NCBI GenBank assembly: GCA_965224235.1
Contig: CBDCYP010000001.1
Location: 768,848 to 832,847, forward strand
From: Dehalococcoidia bacterium
GTDB lineage: Bacteria; Chloroflexota; Dehalococcoidia; Lucifugimonadales; Lucifugimonadaceae
Length of the DNA: 64,000 nt
Reading direction: 5' to 3'
Shown here: positions 27,026 through 36,281 of the stretch, in pieces
Numbering within the stretch: position 1 is the stretch's first letter
Layout: every line of letters starts with the position of its first letter
Program-made: the position numbers and the translations under genes
The notes under the pieces: generated by a model
The model's database searches: none
Told to the model about the DNA's origin: nothing
The model's input: the letters and a program-made list of their open reading frames with translations, nothing else

Positions 27026-28912
27026 TCAGGTCGTCGTTCGGTACGCCTGTGTGACCTCCAAAATCAATTCGTCCGGCATGTCGTCGAACGAAGCGTAGTT
27101 GAGTGAATAAAGCCGCGCGTAGAGTCCGCCGTGTTCCAACAAATCGCCGTGCGTGCCGGTCTCGATTATGCGCCCATCCTGTAACACGATGATCCGGTCG
27201 GCGTTCCTTATGGTGGCCAGACGATGGGCGATTACCACCCCGGTCTGTCCTTCGAGAAGCCTTGCGAGCGCCTGTTGAATCAGCATCTCGGTGTAGCTGT
27301 CGATGTTGGCCGTAGCTTCGTCAAGCACAAGAATTTTGGAATCGGCGACGATCGCCCTGGCGAAACTGACCAGCTGCCTCTGACCGATCGAAAGGTTGCC
27401 GCCGCGCTGCTCCAGCATGGTTTCGTAGCCGTCGGGCAGGCGCATGATGAACTCGTGCGCGCCAACCGCCCGCGCGGCGGCGACGATGTCCTCTCTGGTG
27501 GCCTCCAGTTTCCGATACCTGATATTGTCGTAGACGGAGCCGGTGAACAGATAGGGGTCCTGTAACACCATCGACACCTGTCGGCCGAGGGACTCCTGAG
27601 TCACGTCCCGAACGTCGTGACCCCCCACCATCACCTGTCCTTCCCAGGTCTCGTAGAAGCGGTGAATAAGCGCCGTTGTCGACGTTTTCCCCGAACCGGT
27701 CGGCCCGACGAGGGCGACAGTTTCGCCTGGCTCGACGCGAAAGCTCACGTTGTTAAGTACCGGTTGATCGGGAAAGTAGCCAAAGGTGACGTTTCTGAAC
27801 TCAATTGCACCGTCGGTATCCTTGAGATCGATGGCGTCGCCCTTGTCCCGTATGTCGACGGGCACGTCGAGCACCTCGAAAATCCGTTGGCCGGAAGCCA
27901 TAGCCCGCTGCATGGTGGTGTAGTGCATGGTCAGCGAGCGGATCGGGTCGAAGAATCTCTGCACGTAGAGCATGAACGCCACCATCACCCCGACCTCGAG
28001 CGCGCTGTCGAGCACAAGACTCCCTCCGACAATCACCACAATGGCCATGGCCGCACCGGTCAGCGTATCGACCACAGGTAGCAGAGACTGTCCGAATAGC
28101 GCGGCGCGTTGCTGGCTCTTCAGGGCTTCTGCCGCCTTCTCGTCGAACATTTCGAAGTTGATGCGTTCCCGTACCATGCCCTGGACGATCTTGACGCCAT
28201 TGATGTTTTCGTTCAGCGCGCCATTGACCTCCGACAACAATTCCCGCGCCCGCAAAAAAGCGCGCTTCGCACGGGGCAGCCAGACGATGCGTACGAGGAA
28301 CAGAGCCGGTATGACTATCAGGGTCAGGCCCCCCAGCATCGGGTCGAGGATCAGAAGAACGCAGATGATCCCGATTAGCGTAAGCATGTCTCCGACGGCG
28401 AATACCGCAGTCTCGAGGAACTCCTGAAGAGCCGCGACATCACCTTGCAGACGCGCCATCAGCCGGCCGACCTCCGTCTTGTCCATGAACGACATTGAGA
28501 CCCGCTGAAGGTGCAGGTACATGGACCGGCGCAAGTCGAACAGCACGCGCATGGACAGGCGAACCACGATGATCTCCTGCAGGAAATTGCTGAGGTAGTT
28601 CAGCAACACCGCTCCGAACAACGCGGCCACCGCAACCCCCAACAGCTCTTTGTCCCCAGCGCCCTGAAGACCCCGATCGATAGCGTATTTGACGAGCAGC
28701 GGAAAGGCGAGGGTCGTCGCGCTAAAGATCAGAACGGCCACCATGGTCATGGCAATCAGTTTGCGGTAGGGATACACAAAAGTGATGAATCGCTTGACAA
28801 CCTGCCCGTTAAACGCGTCTCCGAAGATCTGCTCGGCGGTCTGCCCCGGCCGCACCGATGACTGGCTGCCCATCGACATGCCTCGGCCCATGCCTCCGCC
28901 TCCACCCCTCAT
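27026..28912 (-). CDS. ABC exporter, fused permease/ATPase (type I exporter half-transporter, subunit 2)
   Basis: Six-TM domain plus Walker [10 protein letters not shown], signature LSIGQRQ and Walker B ILVLDEAT. ATGA overlap with the upstream gene. Confidence 0.9.
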   Translation of the reverse strand: MRGGGGGMGRGMSMGSQSSVRPGQTAEQIFGDAFNGQVVKRFITFVYPYRKLIAMTMVAVLIFSATTLAFPLLVKYAIDRGLQGAGDKELLGVAVAALFGAVLLNYLSNFLQEIIVVRLSMRVLFDLRRSMYLHLQRVSMSFMDKTEVGRLMARLQGDVAALQEFLETAVFAVGDMLTLIGIICVLLILDPMLGGLTLIVIPALFLVRIVWLPRAKRAFLRARELLSEVNGALNENINGVKIVQGMVRERINFEMFDEKAAEALKSQQRAALFGQSLLPVVDTLTGAAMAIVVIVGGSLVLDSALEVGVMVAFMLYVQRFFDPIRSLTMHYTTMQRAMASGQRIFEVLDVPVDIRDKGDAIDLKDTDGAIEFRNVTFGYFPDQPVLNNVSFRVEPGETVALVGPTGSGKTSTTALIHRFYETWEGQVMVGGHDVRDVTQESLGRQVSMVLQDPYLFTGSVYDNIRYRKLEATREDIVAAARAVGAHEFIMRLPDGYETMLEQRGGNLSIGQRQLVSFARAIVADSKILVLDEATANIDSYTEMLIQQALARLLEGQTGVVIAHRLATIRNADRIIVLQDGRIIETGTHGDLLEHGGLYARLYSLNYASFDDMPDELILEVTQAYRTTT

Positions 28913-30627
28913 GACGGCGACTCCCCAGTGGATTCGTCCAACTGTTCGCTACTCCGGTCCAGGTCCATCTCCGGCCGAATCTGTAGCTCGTAAAGTTCCT
29001 GGTACTTGCCGCCCTTGGTGATCAACTCTTCGTGGCTACCGCGCTCCGCTACGAGGCCTTCCTCAATGAACAGAATCTCGTCGGCGTGCATAAGGGAACT
29101 CAGGCGGTGGGAAATGATGATCACCGAGCGGTCCCGCGTCACGTCAGCCAACGCAGCCCTGATCCGCTGCTCCGTCGCCGCGTCGATCGCCGCAGTCGAG
29201 TCGTCGAAAATAATCACGGACGGCCGGAGCATGATGCTGCGGGCGATGGACAGCCGTTGCCGTTGCCCGCCCGAAAGCGTTACGCCGCGCTCGCCCACCA
29301 GTGTCTCGTATCCGAGCGGCAGGGTCGACACGTACTTGTGAAGCTGCGCAAGGTCGGTGGCGTTCTCTACGTCCGCCCTTCTGCCGTAAGGCTCCCCGTA
29401 CGCCACGTTCTCATAGACGGTCGTCGAAAACATGAACGTGTCTTGCTCCACGACGCCCACGGCGTGCCGAAGGGAGTCGAGCGTAACGTCCCGAACGTCC
29501 TGCCCATCGACCGTAATCGCGCCTGCAGTGCAGTCGTAGAACCTGGGAATGAGATGAGCGATGGTCGATTTGCCGCTGCCAGGCGGGCCTACGATGCCTA
29601 TGGTGTGGCCAGGCCGGGCCTCGAACGAGATGCCCCTGAGTACCGGCTCGTCGTTGTAGCTGAAATGGACGTCGGTGAACTTGACGGCGCCATCGCTGAT
29701 GTTCAGGTCTTTGGCGTCCGGCTTGTCCCGGATCTCGGGCACAAGGTCCAGCACCTCGAAAAGCCGGGCCCCTGACGTAGTGGCCCGCGCATACCCGTTG
29801 ACCATCATGCCCAATTGGCGCACAGGCATCTGCAACATGCCCATGTACGCAAGGAACATGACCAACTCGCCCACGGTCATCGTTCCGTCGATGACGTTGA
29901 GTCCGCCGACCCACACGATTAGCGCCCACACCGTTAGAAACGCGAACGTTATGAACGTGGAGTTGCGGACCCAGACGCCGATAGTGGCATTCGAGAGCGC
30001 CAGCGCCTCGTTTGACTTCACGTCGAACTTGGCCATTTCGTAGTCTTCGGCCGCGAAGGCCCTGACGACTCGCGTGCCCCCCAGGTTCTCCTCCATGACC
30101 GTGGTGAGTTCTCCCATCTTCTCCTGCCGCTTCATCCACATCCGGCGCAACTTCATTCTCGCGACCGATGCTCTCCACGCCACGATCGGGACGAAACTGA
30201 GACTGATGAGCCCCAGTTGCCAGTTGGTAGAGATCATCAGGTAGGCGCCGGCGCCGATGAGGATCAACAGGTACACGGTCCTCAGCATTGCAGTGTTCAC
30301 GAACATGCGCACACCCTCGAGGTCCAGGATGCCGCGGGCCAGAATGTCGCCGACATGCACGCGATCGTGGTAGCTGAAACTGAGACGCTGAAGCTGTTCG
30401 TAGTAAGCCATCCGCAGCCGGTACGCCATGCGTTGACCAATCGACTCGCCAAGGTACGTGTAGAACATCGAGAAGCCGCCGCGGAGCCCGCCTGCCACGA
30501 CCAGCAAGACCCCCGTGGCGATTAGCTGCGACCGGGCCTCGCCGACATCCGTGAGGGGGTCCGTAAGCAGCGTGAGGGCACGGTCGACCGACTGCCCCAA
30601 TAGTTGGGGAATCCAGAGCTGGAACAC
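28909..30627 (-). CDS. ABC exporter, fused permease/ATPase (subunit 1); the true start is probably upstream of 30627
   Basis: Walker A GPPGSGKST, signature LSGGQRQ and Walker B IIFDDST. The reading frame stays open upstream to the TAA at 30820-30822 and encodes the missing TM1 (RLGIAFAAAATAAV-FQLWIPQLLG), but contains no ATG, GTG or TTG. Confidence 0.85.
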   Translation of the reverse strand: MFQLWIPQLLGQSVDRALTLLTDPLTDVGEARSQLIATGVLLVVAGGLRGGFSMFYTYLGESIGQRMAYRLRMAYYEQLQRLSFSYHDRVHVGDILARGILDLEGVRMFVNTAMLRTVYLLILIGAGAYLMISTNWQLGLISLSFVPIVAWRASVARMKLRRMWMKRQEKMGELTTVMEENLGGTRVVRAFAAEDYEMAKFDVKSNEALALSNATIGVWVRNSTFITFAFLTVWALIVWVGGLNVIDGTMTVGELVMFLAYMGMLQMPVRQLGMMVNGYARATTSGARLFEVLDLVPEIRDKPDAKDLNISDGAVKFTDVHFSYNDEPVLRGISFEARPGHTIGIVGPPGSGKSTIAHLIPRFYDCTAGAITVDGQDVRDVTLDSLRHAVGVVEQDTFMFSTTVYENVAYGEPYGRRADVENATDLAQLHKYVSTLPLGYETLVGERGVTLSGGQRQRLSIARSIMLRPSVIIFDDSTAAIDAATEQRIRAALADVTRDRSVIIISHRLSSLMHADEILFIEEGLVAERGSHEELITKGGKYQELYELQIRPEMDLDRSSEQLDESTGESPS

Positions 30628-31085
30628 GGCCGCTGTGGCGGCGGCGGCAAACGCGATCCCGAGCCGCGAACGGTGTTTGGCCGCCAGACGGACGATTCGC
30701 AGAACTACCGCGGCGTTCGGCCGACGGTCAGGGGCCTCGGGACGGGGACGTGGTTCACCCGCCCCGCGCCCAACTCGAATTGATTGTGTGGCCGCCGTGA
30801 TTAAATCTCGCGTGGTACTTTAGGAATGCAAGGAACAGTTTCGCGCCGCTGTGTCCCCGATGCAGCGTGTTCCCGTTACGTTTTACGTCCCTTTTGGCCT
30901 TGCCGGCAAGGCCAAACCTGTGGGAAACGCACGCGCATTGGCCCGACGCGGTCCGGCGCGTGAATATGCCGATTGCTAATATACCGGTGCAATCAGCCAT
31001 TCATGCGACGAATTGTAACGTGCGCTCAGTTTCAGATCCGGAACTTAAAAGGTCCCAGTCAACCCCCATCACCGGGGCAAAACCG

Positions 31086-31790
31086 ATGACGGACGCGGAT
31101 GCCGGGCAGTCGATTAACCCTTACGGAGTCCGCACGGCCGACCCGCACGACGCTCACGTGTTGGCAAAGGTGGAGCGCAAGGCATTCCCCAACCTTGAAC
31201 ACCCCACGAGGTTCCGGCGGGAGTTACAGCGGGACAACGCGACGTACTTCGTGGCGGAAAGGGCCTGGACCAGCGAAGAACGGCGTAACACCAGATGGGG
31301 CAAGCATCCGTCAGGCAATAAAGCGTACTCCAGCGGTCCATTTAGCTGGGTCAGGGAATTCGTCTTCTGGTTGACTACTCAAAGACCGTCCGTTCTGGGC
31401 GGCCAACGGAACTCAAAATACGTGGGCGGGTTCGCAGGAATGTGGTTCGTCCTCGACGAGGCCCACGTGGTGATCATCGCCAGCAGACCGGACGAAAGAC
31501 GGCGGGGAGTTGGGGAGTTGCTGTTGATCGCCTGCCTCGACCGGGCCCTCCGGCGAAATTCGCGCATCGTCTCTCTGGAGGTCAGGGCATCCAACGATGC
31601 CGCCATATCCCTGTACCGCAAGTACGGTTTTCAGGACATCGGGGTGAAAAGGCGATACTACTCCGGCACTGAAGACGCAATCATCATGAACACCCTCCCG
31701 ATTCAGACCGAGAACTACCGGCGGCAATTTCAAACGCTCGTAGAAAAGTACACGATCCGCTGGGGGGAGTCGGCCAGAGTCATTACCTGA
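31086..31790 (+). CDS. rimI: RimI-like ribosomal-protein-alanine N-acetyltransferase (GNAT) with an internal insertion
   Basis: ORF 30867..31790 trimmed to ATG 31086. The core RRRGVGELLL...LEVRASNDAAISLYRKYGF...RRYYSGTEDAIIM closely parallels E. coli RimI. Confidence 0.7.
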   Translation: MTDADAGQSINPYGVRTADPHDAHVLAKVERKAFPNLEHPTRFRRELQRDNATYFVAERAWTSEERRNTRWGKHPSGNKAYSSGPFSWVREFVFWLTTQRPSVLGGQRNSKYVGGFAGMWFVLDEAHVVIIASRPDERRRGVGELLLIACLDRALRRNSRIVSLEVRASNDAAISLYRKYGFQDIGVKRRYYSGTEDAIIMNTLPIQTENYRRQFQTLVEKYTIRWGESARVIT

Positions 31791-31867
31791 ATCGTCGGGA
31801 CCGGCAAGGCCACCTAAAGCCGTGACCCACTTTTTACGACAGAGACCGGTCAAGTCGAAGAGCGCCT

Positions 31868-33565
31868 ATGCCACTTACCCGCGCCAGCCTGCGCATCCCG
31901 ATAGTTTGCCTGTTGTCGCTTGCGGCGCTCGTAGCCATGGCGTGCAGCGGGGCGGACGAATCGCCCCAAGCTGCTCCGACGGCTACTGAGGCGGCAACCG
32001 CTGTTGCAACGGCCGACTCATCGGCATACGGTCCGGCGGACGAAACGCCCGTCGAGCGCACCAATGGGGTACTGCGGATCGCCCAGGCGCGGGACCCCAC
32101 GAGTTGCGACCTCCCCATGTCACAGGCTACGAGTTACCAGTCCGTTCACCCCTGCAACCCACTGCTGTCGCAAATCGTCAAGGGTTCGGCGCAGGACCAT
32201 TCGGTCATCGTGCCCGACCTGGCGATAAGTTGGGAAACCTCTGACGACGGTAGCGAGTGGACCTTCACCGTCAGGCCGGATATCAAGTGGCACAACGGTA
32301 GGGCGCTCACCTCCGACGACTTGAAATTCAGCCTCGACAGGATCATCGACCCGCCGGCCGGGATGACTATCGGGCGCGGTGGCGTCATTGCGAGATACGT
32401 AGGCTCCGTTTCACAGTTAACCACCCCGGACCAGTCGACGCTCGCAATAACACTCGACTTTCCTGCCGCTTCGTTTTTGCCTAATCTGTCGAGTGTCTAC
32501 GTATCGGTCTATCCCCGGGCCGAGACCGAACTCCTCGATCCACCGTCCATGGCGCAATTTTCGAGCGTAGTCGGAACCGGTCCCTTCACGGCCGGCTCAG
32601 TGACGAGGGGTTCCGCGTACAGCCTGCTGAAAAATACCGGCTACTACGAACCGGACTTGCCGAAGTTGAACGAGGTGCGGTTTCTTGTCATTCCGGAGCC
32701 GGCCGTACGCATGGCCGCCCTGCGCACCCACGAGATCGACGCAATAGCAATCATCACGGAACCGGAGGCGCAGGTTCTGGAACGGGACTTCGCCGGTGAA
32801 ATCAATGTGTTCAGGTCGCCCTCTGCCGGAGGCAACACAGTTCAGCTAAACCTTAACGAGCCGCCATTCGACGATCCGCGGGTGAGGCGAGCAGTGAACT
32901 TGGCGCTTTCCAGACCGGACGCAGACCTCGCACTGGGGCCAGGGTACGCGGGCGCTATCTTGCCGCCGGGCGGGCCGTGGGGACTCGATCAAAGCGAGGT
33001 GATGACGTTGGCGGGCTATGGCGACAAGGAGGTGGAACGAGCCGAAGCGCGGACTCTGCTTGGACAGGCCGGATACCCAGACGGACTTGAAGCACCCATG
33101 TTGACGCAGGCCAACCCGTTCTTTCAGACGCTCGCCGACTTCGCAGCGGGGCAACTCAGCCTGGTTGGCATCAAGTCGGAAGTGACTCCCGTTGAGCCGG
33201 TCGATTACCAACGCATCATCAGGACCGGCGAATTCACAATCATCGGCCACAGTCACTCATTCTCGTTGGACGATCCCGACCCGATTCTCACCGATCACTA
33301 CTCGTGCGGCGGCAGCGAGAACTTTCCGGGCCTGTGCGACCCCGAACTCGACCGAATGATCGAACAGCAGAGCCGTCTCCTTGACTCCGGGGAACGAAAG
33401 GCGCTCCTCGACGATATCCAGCGAAAGATATGGCTGGAGAACGCCAAGATCTGGTTCCAGTGGAGTTCGAGACGTGAGCCGGTGTGGACGAACGTCCACG
33501 GATTGGAACCCGGAGGCCCGAGCTTGTACCAGGGCAGACGCCTAGAGCGGGTATGGATCGAGTGA
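31868..33565 (+). CDS. ABC transporter substrate-binding lipoprotein, family 5 (peptide/nickel, DppA/OppA-like)
   Basis: Signal peptide with the Cys in LVAMAC-SG. Family-5 length and motifs (WHNG..LTSDDLKFS). Confidence 0.8.
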   Translation: MPLTRASLRIPIVCLLSLAALVAMACSGADESPQAAPTATEAATAVATADSSAYGPADETPVERTNGVLRIAQARDPTSCDLPMSQATSYQSVHPCNPLLSQIVKGSAQDHSVIVPDLAISWETSDDGSEWTFTVRPDIKWHNGRALTSDDLKFSLDRIIDPPAGMTIGRGGVIARYVGSVSQLTTPDQSTLAITLDFPAASFLPNLSSVYVSVYPRAETELLDPPSMAQFSSVVGTGPFTAGSVTRGSAYSLLKNTGYYEPDLPKLNEVRFLVIPEPAVRMAALRTHEIDAIAIITEPEAQVLERDFAGEINVFRSPSAGGNTVQLNLNEPPFDDPRVRRAVNLALSRPDADLALGPGYAGAILPPGGPWGLDQSEVMTLAGYGDKEVERAEARTLLGQAGYPDGLEAPMLTQANPFFQTLADFAAGQLSLVGIKSEVTPVEPVDYQRIIRTGEFTIIGHSHSFSLDDPDPILTDHYSCGGSENFPGLCDPELDRMIEQQSRLLDSGERKALLDDIQRKIWLENAKIWFQWSSRREPVWTNVHGLEPGGPSLYQGRRLERVWIE

Positions 33566-33587
33566 GCGAGCCAACCCGTTCGATGAA

Positions 33588-34550
33588 TTGACCCGTTATC
33601 TGGTGCGGCGGGCGGCCATCTCCGCCATCACTATTTGGGGGGTCAGCCTGATCGCGTTCGTTCTGCTCCGAATCGCTCCGGGCGATGCCGTCCTCGCCGC
33701 TATGGCCAGATCCCCTGGCGAGGGGAGCCTCAGCGCCCAACAGATGGAAGACCGGCGCGCCGCCCTCGGGTTGGACCGCAGCTACCCTGTCCAGTACTTC
33801 GCATGGATGGCGGGCCTGGCCCGCCTCGACGCCGGAAAGTCACTCGTTAGCGGAGTCCCGGTAAGCGAAGAGGTGACTCCGCGAATCGCCGTGACCATCG
33901 AGCTATCGTTGCTGTCGTTAGTGTTGGCGGGGGTGACAGGCGCCGTGACCGGCGTCACGGCCGCCGGTGCGATAGGCGGACGATTTGACCTGGCAGCACG
34001 CGCCGCGGCCCATGCCGGACTTTCGGCCCCGACGTTTTGGCTCGGTCTGATCGTCGTGTTGGCGTTGGCTATATGGGCCGACCTGTTCGTTGCCGCCGGT
34101 TACAGGCCGATCTGGGAGGATTCCATCGGCAACCTAGTACGCATGGTTCCTGCGGCCGCGGTAATGGCGGTTCGACCCGGAGCGCTGATCTTCAGGGTCG
34201 TTCGGACAGCAACCGCCGAGATTCTGGAAAGCGACTTTGTCAGGACTGCGCGAGCCAAAGGTCTGAGCCGATCGGGAGTTTTATGGGGCCACGCATTTCG
34301 CGCTTCCGCCCTGCCGGGCCTGACCGTGCTGGGCGCGCAGACCGTGTTTCTACTGAGCGGTTCGGTCGTGATTGAACAGGTCTTCGGCCTGCCCGGGCTC
34401 GGCAGATTGCTGACAGACGGCGTTCTCTCTCGCGACTATCCGCTGGTCCAGTTTTTGGCGCTTCTATTCGGGATATTCGCCGTAGTAGCCAACCTCGCCG
34501 TGGACTTTGCGTACTCGCGCCTCGACCCGAGGGTGAGGCTCGCGGCATGA
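33588..34550 (+). CDS. ABC transporter permease (DppB/OppB-like)
   Basis: N-terminus YLVRRAAISAITIWGVSLIAFVLLRIAPGD and the EAA-loop region (DFVRTARAKGLS). Confidence 0.85.
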   Translation: MTRYLVRRAAISAITIWGVSLIAFVLLRIAPGDAVLAAMARSPGEGSLSAQQMEDRRAALGLDRSYPVQYFAWMAGLARLDAGKSLVSGVPVSEEVTPRIAVTIELSLLSLVLAGVTGAVTGVTAAGAIGGRFDLAARAAAHAGLSAPTFWLGLIVVLALAIWADLFVAAGYRPIWEDSIGNLVRMVPAAAVMAVRPGALIFRVVRTATAEILESDFVRTARAKGLSRSGVLWGHAFRASALPGLTVLGAQTVFLLSGSVVIEQVFGLPGLGRLLTDGVLSRDYPLVQFLALLFGIFAVVANLAVDFAYSRLDPRVRLAA

Positions 34551-35407
34551 CGGCCACCAGCATGGCATTTCGCATTGCCGCATCAAACTCCGCGAGGGCC
34601 GGCCTGATGTTGATGCTGGCGCTACTGTTACTGCTGATATTGGGTCCACTCGCGAGCGAAGACGGTGGGCGAGGCGACCTCGAAAACAGTTTGACCGGCC
34701 CGTCGTGGTCGCATCCGATGGGGGCCGACCAGCTCGGGCGGGATGTACTGACGCGCGTCGCCAAAGGCCTTCGAGGATCGCTGATGGTCGGGGTAACCGC
34801 TGCTGCGATATCGGGAATCGCGGGCGGTATTCTCGGCCTGGCGTCTGGATTCTGGCGAGGATGGCCTGATCTGCTACTTCAACGCCTGATCGACTCCCTG
34901 ATGGCCCTGCCCCTGCTCGTACTTGCGCTGGCGGTGATCGCAGCGACCGGCCCGACGCGTACGGGTGTCATCATTGCGCTGTCTGTCGCGTTCACGCCTC
35001 TCATCGTGCGAGTGGCCAGATCGTCGGCGCTCACTCTCAGGGAAGCGGGATTCGTAGAGGCAGCATGGGCTTCAGGGGCGTCGACGCGGCACATCATATC
35101 GAGTCACTTGGCGCCCAACGCGTTTGGTCCATGGGCCGTAGTGGTGTCGACGCAGGTCGGAGGGGCCGTTTTGGCCGAGGCTTCGCTCAGTTTTCTGGGC
35201 GCCGGGCCGGGCGGCAGCGCCTCTCTGGGCGCGTTGCTCGGCGGCGAGGCGCAGACCTACGCGTTCTCCGCGCCGTGGCTGATCATCTGGCCCGGCATTG
35301 TTTTGGCCATGGTGTCGATATCCGCCAGCCTCATAGGGGACGGGTTGGCTCAATCGGCTACCCCGACTCCCGCGCCATCATCCAAATTAACCCCAACGCT
35401 CTGCTGA
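34547..35407 (+). CDS. ABC transporter permease (DppC/OppC-like)
   Basis: The HPMGADQLGRDVLTRV motif typical of DppC. 4-nt overlap with the upstream permease gene. Confidence 0.85.
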   Translation: MTATSMAFRIAASNSARAGLMLMLALLLLLILGPLASEDGGRGDLENSLTGPSWSHPMGADQLGRDVLTRVAKGLRGSLMVGVTAAAISGIAGGILGLASGFWRGWPDLLLQRLIDSLMALPLLVLALAVIAATGPTRTGVIIALSVAFTPLIVRVARSSALTLREAGFVEAAWASGASTRHIISSHLAPNAFGPWAVVVSTQVGGAVLAEASLSFLGAGPGGSASLGALLGGEAQTYAFSAPWLIIWPGIVLAMVSISASLIGDGLAQSATPTPAPSSKLTPTLC

Positions 35408-35455
35408 CAACCGGCCAAATAACCCCGCGCCTTGGCGGGGCGTTGGAATCCGAAT

Positions 35456-36217
35456 TTATGGAATCGTTTCGCCGGGCGAGCCCTGAAGCACAATAATTAA
35501 CAAGATGGCCGACATTGCCGTAGCTGCGAGACCCACAATTAGCCAGGTCTTTTGCGCGTTTGCAAAGTGCGCGGTACTAGTCCACTTCTTGCTTCGCCAC
35601 GCAAGTTCGTTCCCTTTGAATCCAAGGTATAAAGCGAGCGCCAACGTGATGAGAAGTCTGATCCCGATCGGTATCTGCGGGAAAACGCTGATGAATCCAA
35701 TCAGACCGATCCACACCTGGTTGAACAGGCTCCAGATTGGGCCCATGAGGAATGCGCCCCAATTGAAACCCCTCAGAGATTTCGGCAGTTCGGCCCCGCG
35801 AATCCCAGAACCATTCTCGGCAATCGGACTCGTCGCATTCGGCAACCCCTCCGCAGGCCGGATCGATTCTTGACTACCAACGTTGGCCCGCGGCTCAGGC
35901 GTTCGGCGCCGCGGCCCAGGCGGACTTGTGACTCGGCTCCGCGGCTGCGGCTTTTCTGTGACCCGGCTCGACGACGCTACACCGTCCGGTGAGATTCTGA
36001 CCGCCGATTCCATGGAGTGGCCGCAGTCCACGCAGTAGAAGGCGTGGGCCTCGTTTGGCGCGTTGCACTTGCCGCACGCCGCAAGGCCCAATGGCGGCGG
36101 ATGATCGCTATTCGGCCGATAGATGCGCTCCCCACACCTGTCGCAAATATAGGCGTCCGGCTTGTTCCGGGTACCGCAGTGGGAACAGAAGATTGAACTT
36201 GCCTGGGCGGATGTCAT
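35456..36217 (-). CDS. double zinc-ribbon / proline-rich linker / DUF2628-like membrane-domain protein
   Basis: N-terminus CSHCG..CDRCG and CGKCN..CVDCG. The C-terminus NWGAFLMGPIWSLFNQVW plus two TM helices resembles DUF2628. Confidence 0.6.
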   Translation of the reverse strand: MTSAQASSIFCSHCGTRNKPDAYICDRCGERIYRPNSDHPPPLGLAACGKCNAPNEAHAFYCVDCGHSMESAVRISPDGVASSSRVTEKPQPRSRVTSPPGPRRRTPEPRANVGSQESIRPAEGLPNATSPIAENGSGIRGAELPKSLRGFNWGAFLMGPIWSLFNQVWIGLIGFISVFPQIPIGIRLLITLALALYLGFKGNELAWRSKKWTSTAHFANAQKTWLIVGLAATAMSAILLIIVLQGSPGETIP

Positions 36218-36281
36218 CCCGATATGTCCTGGTTCGTCATCGCCGTATTGTACCGTCGCGCCGCCATATTGAGCGCCGCCG

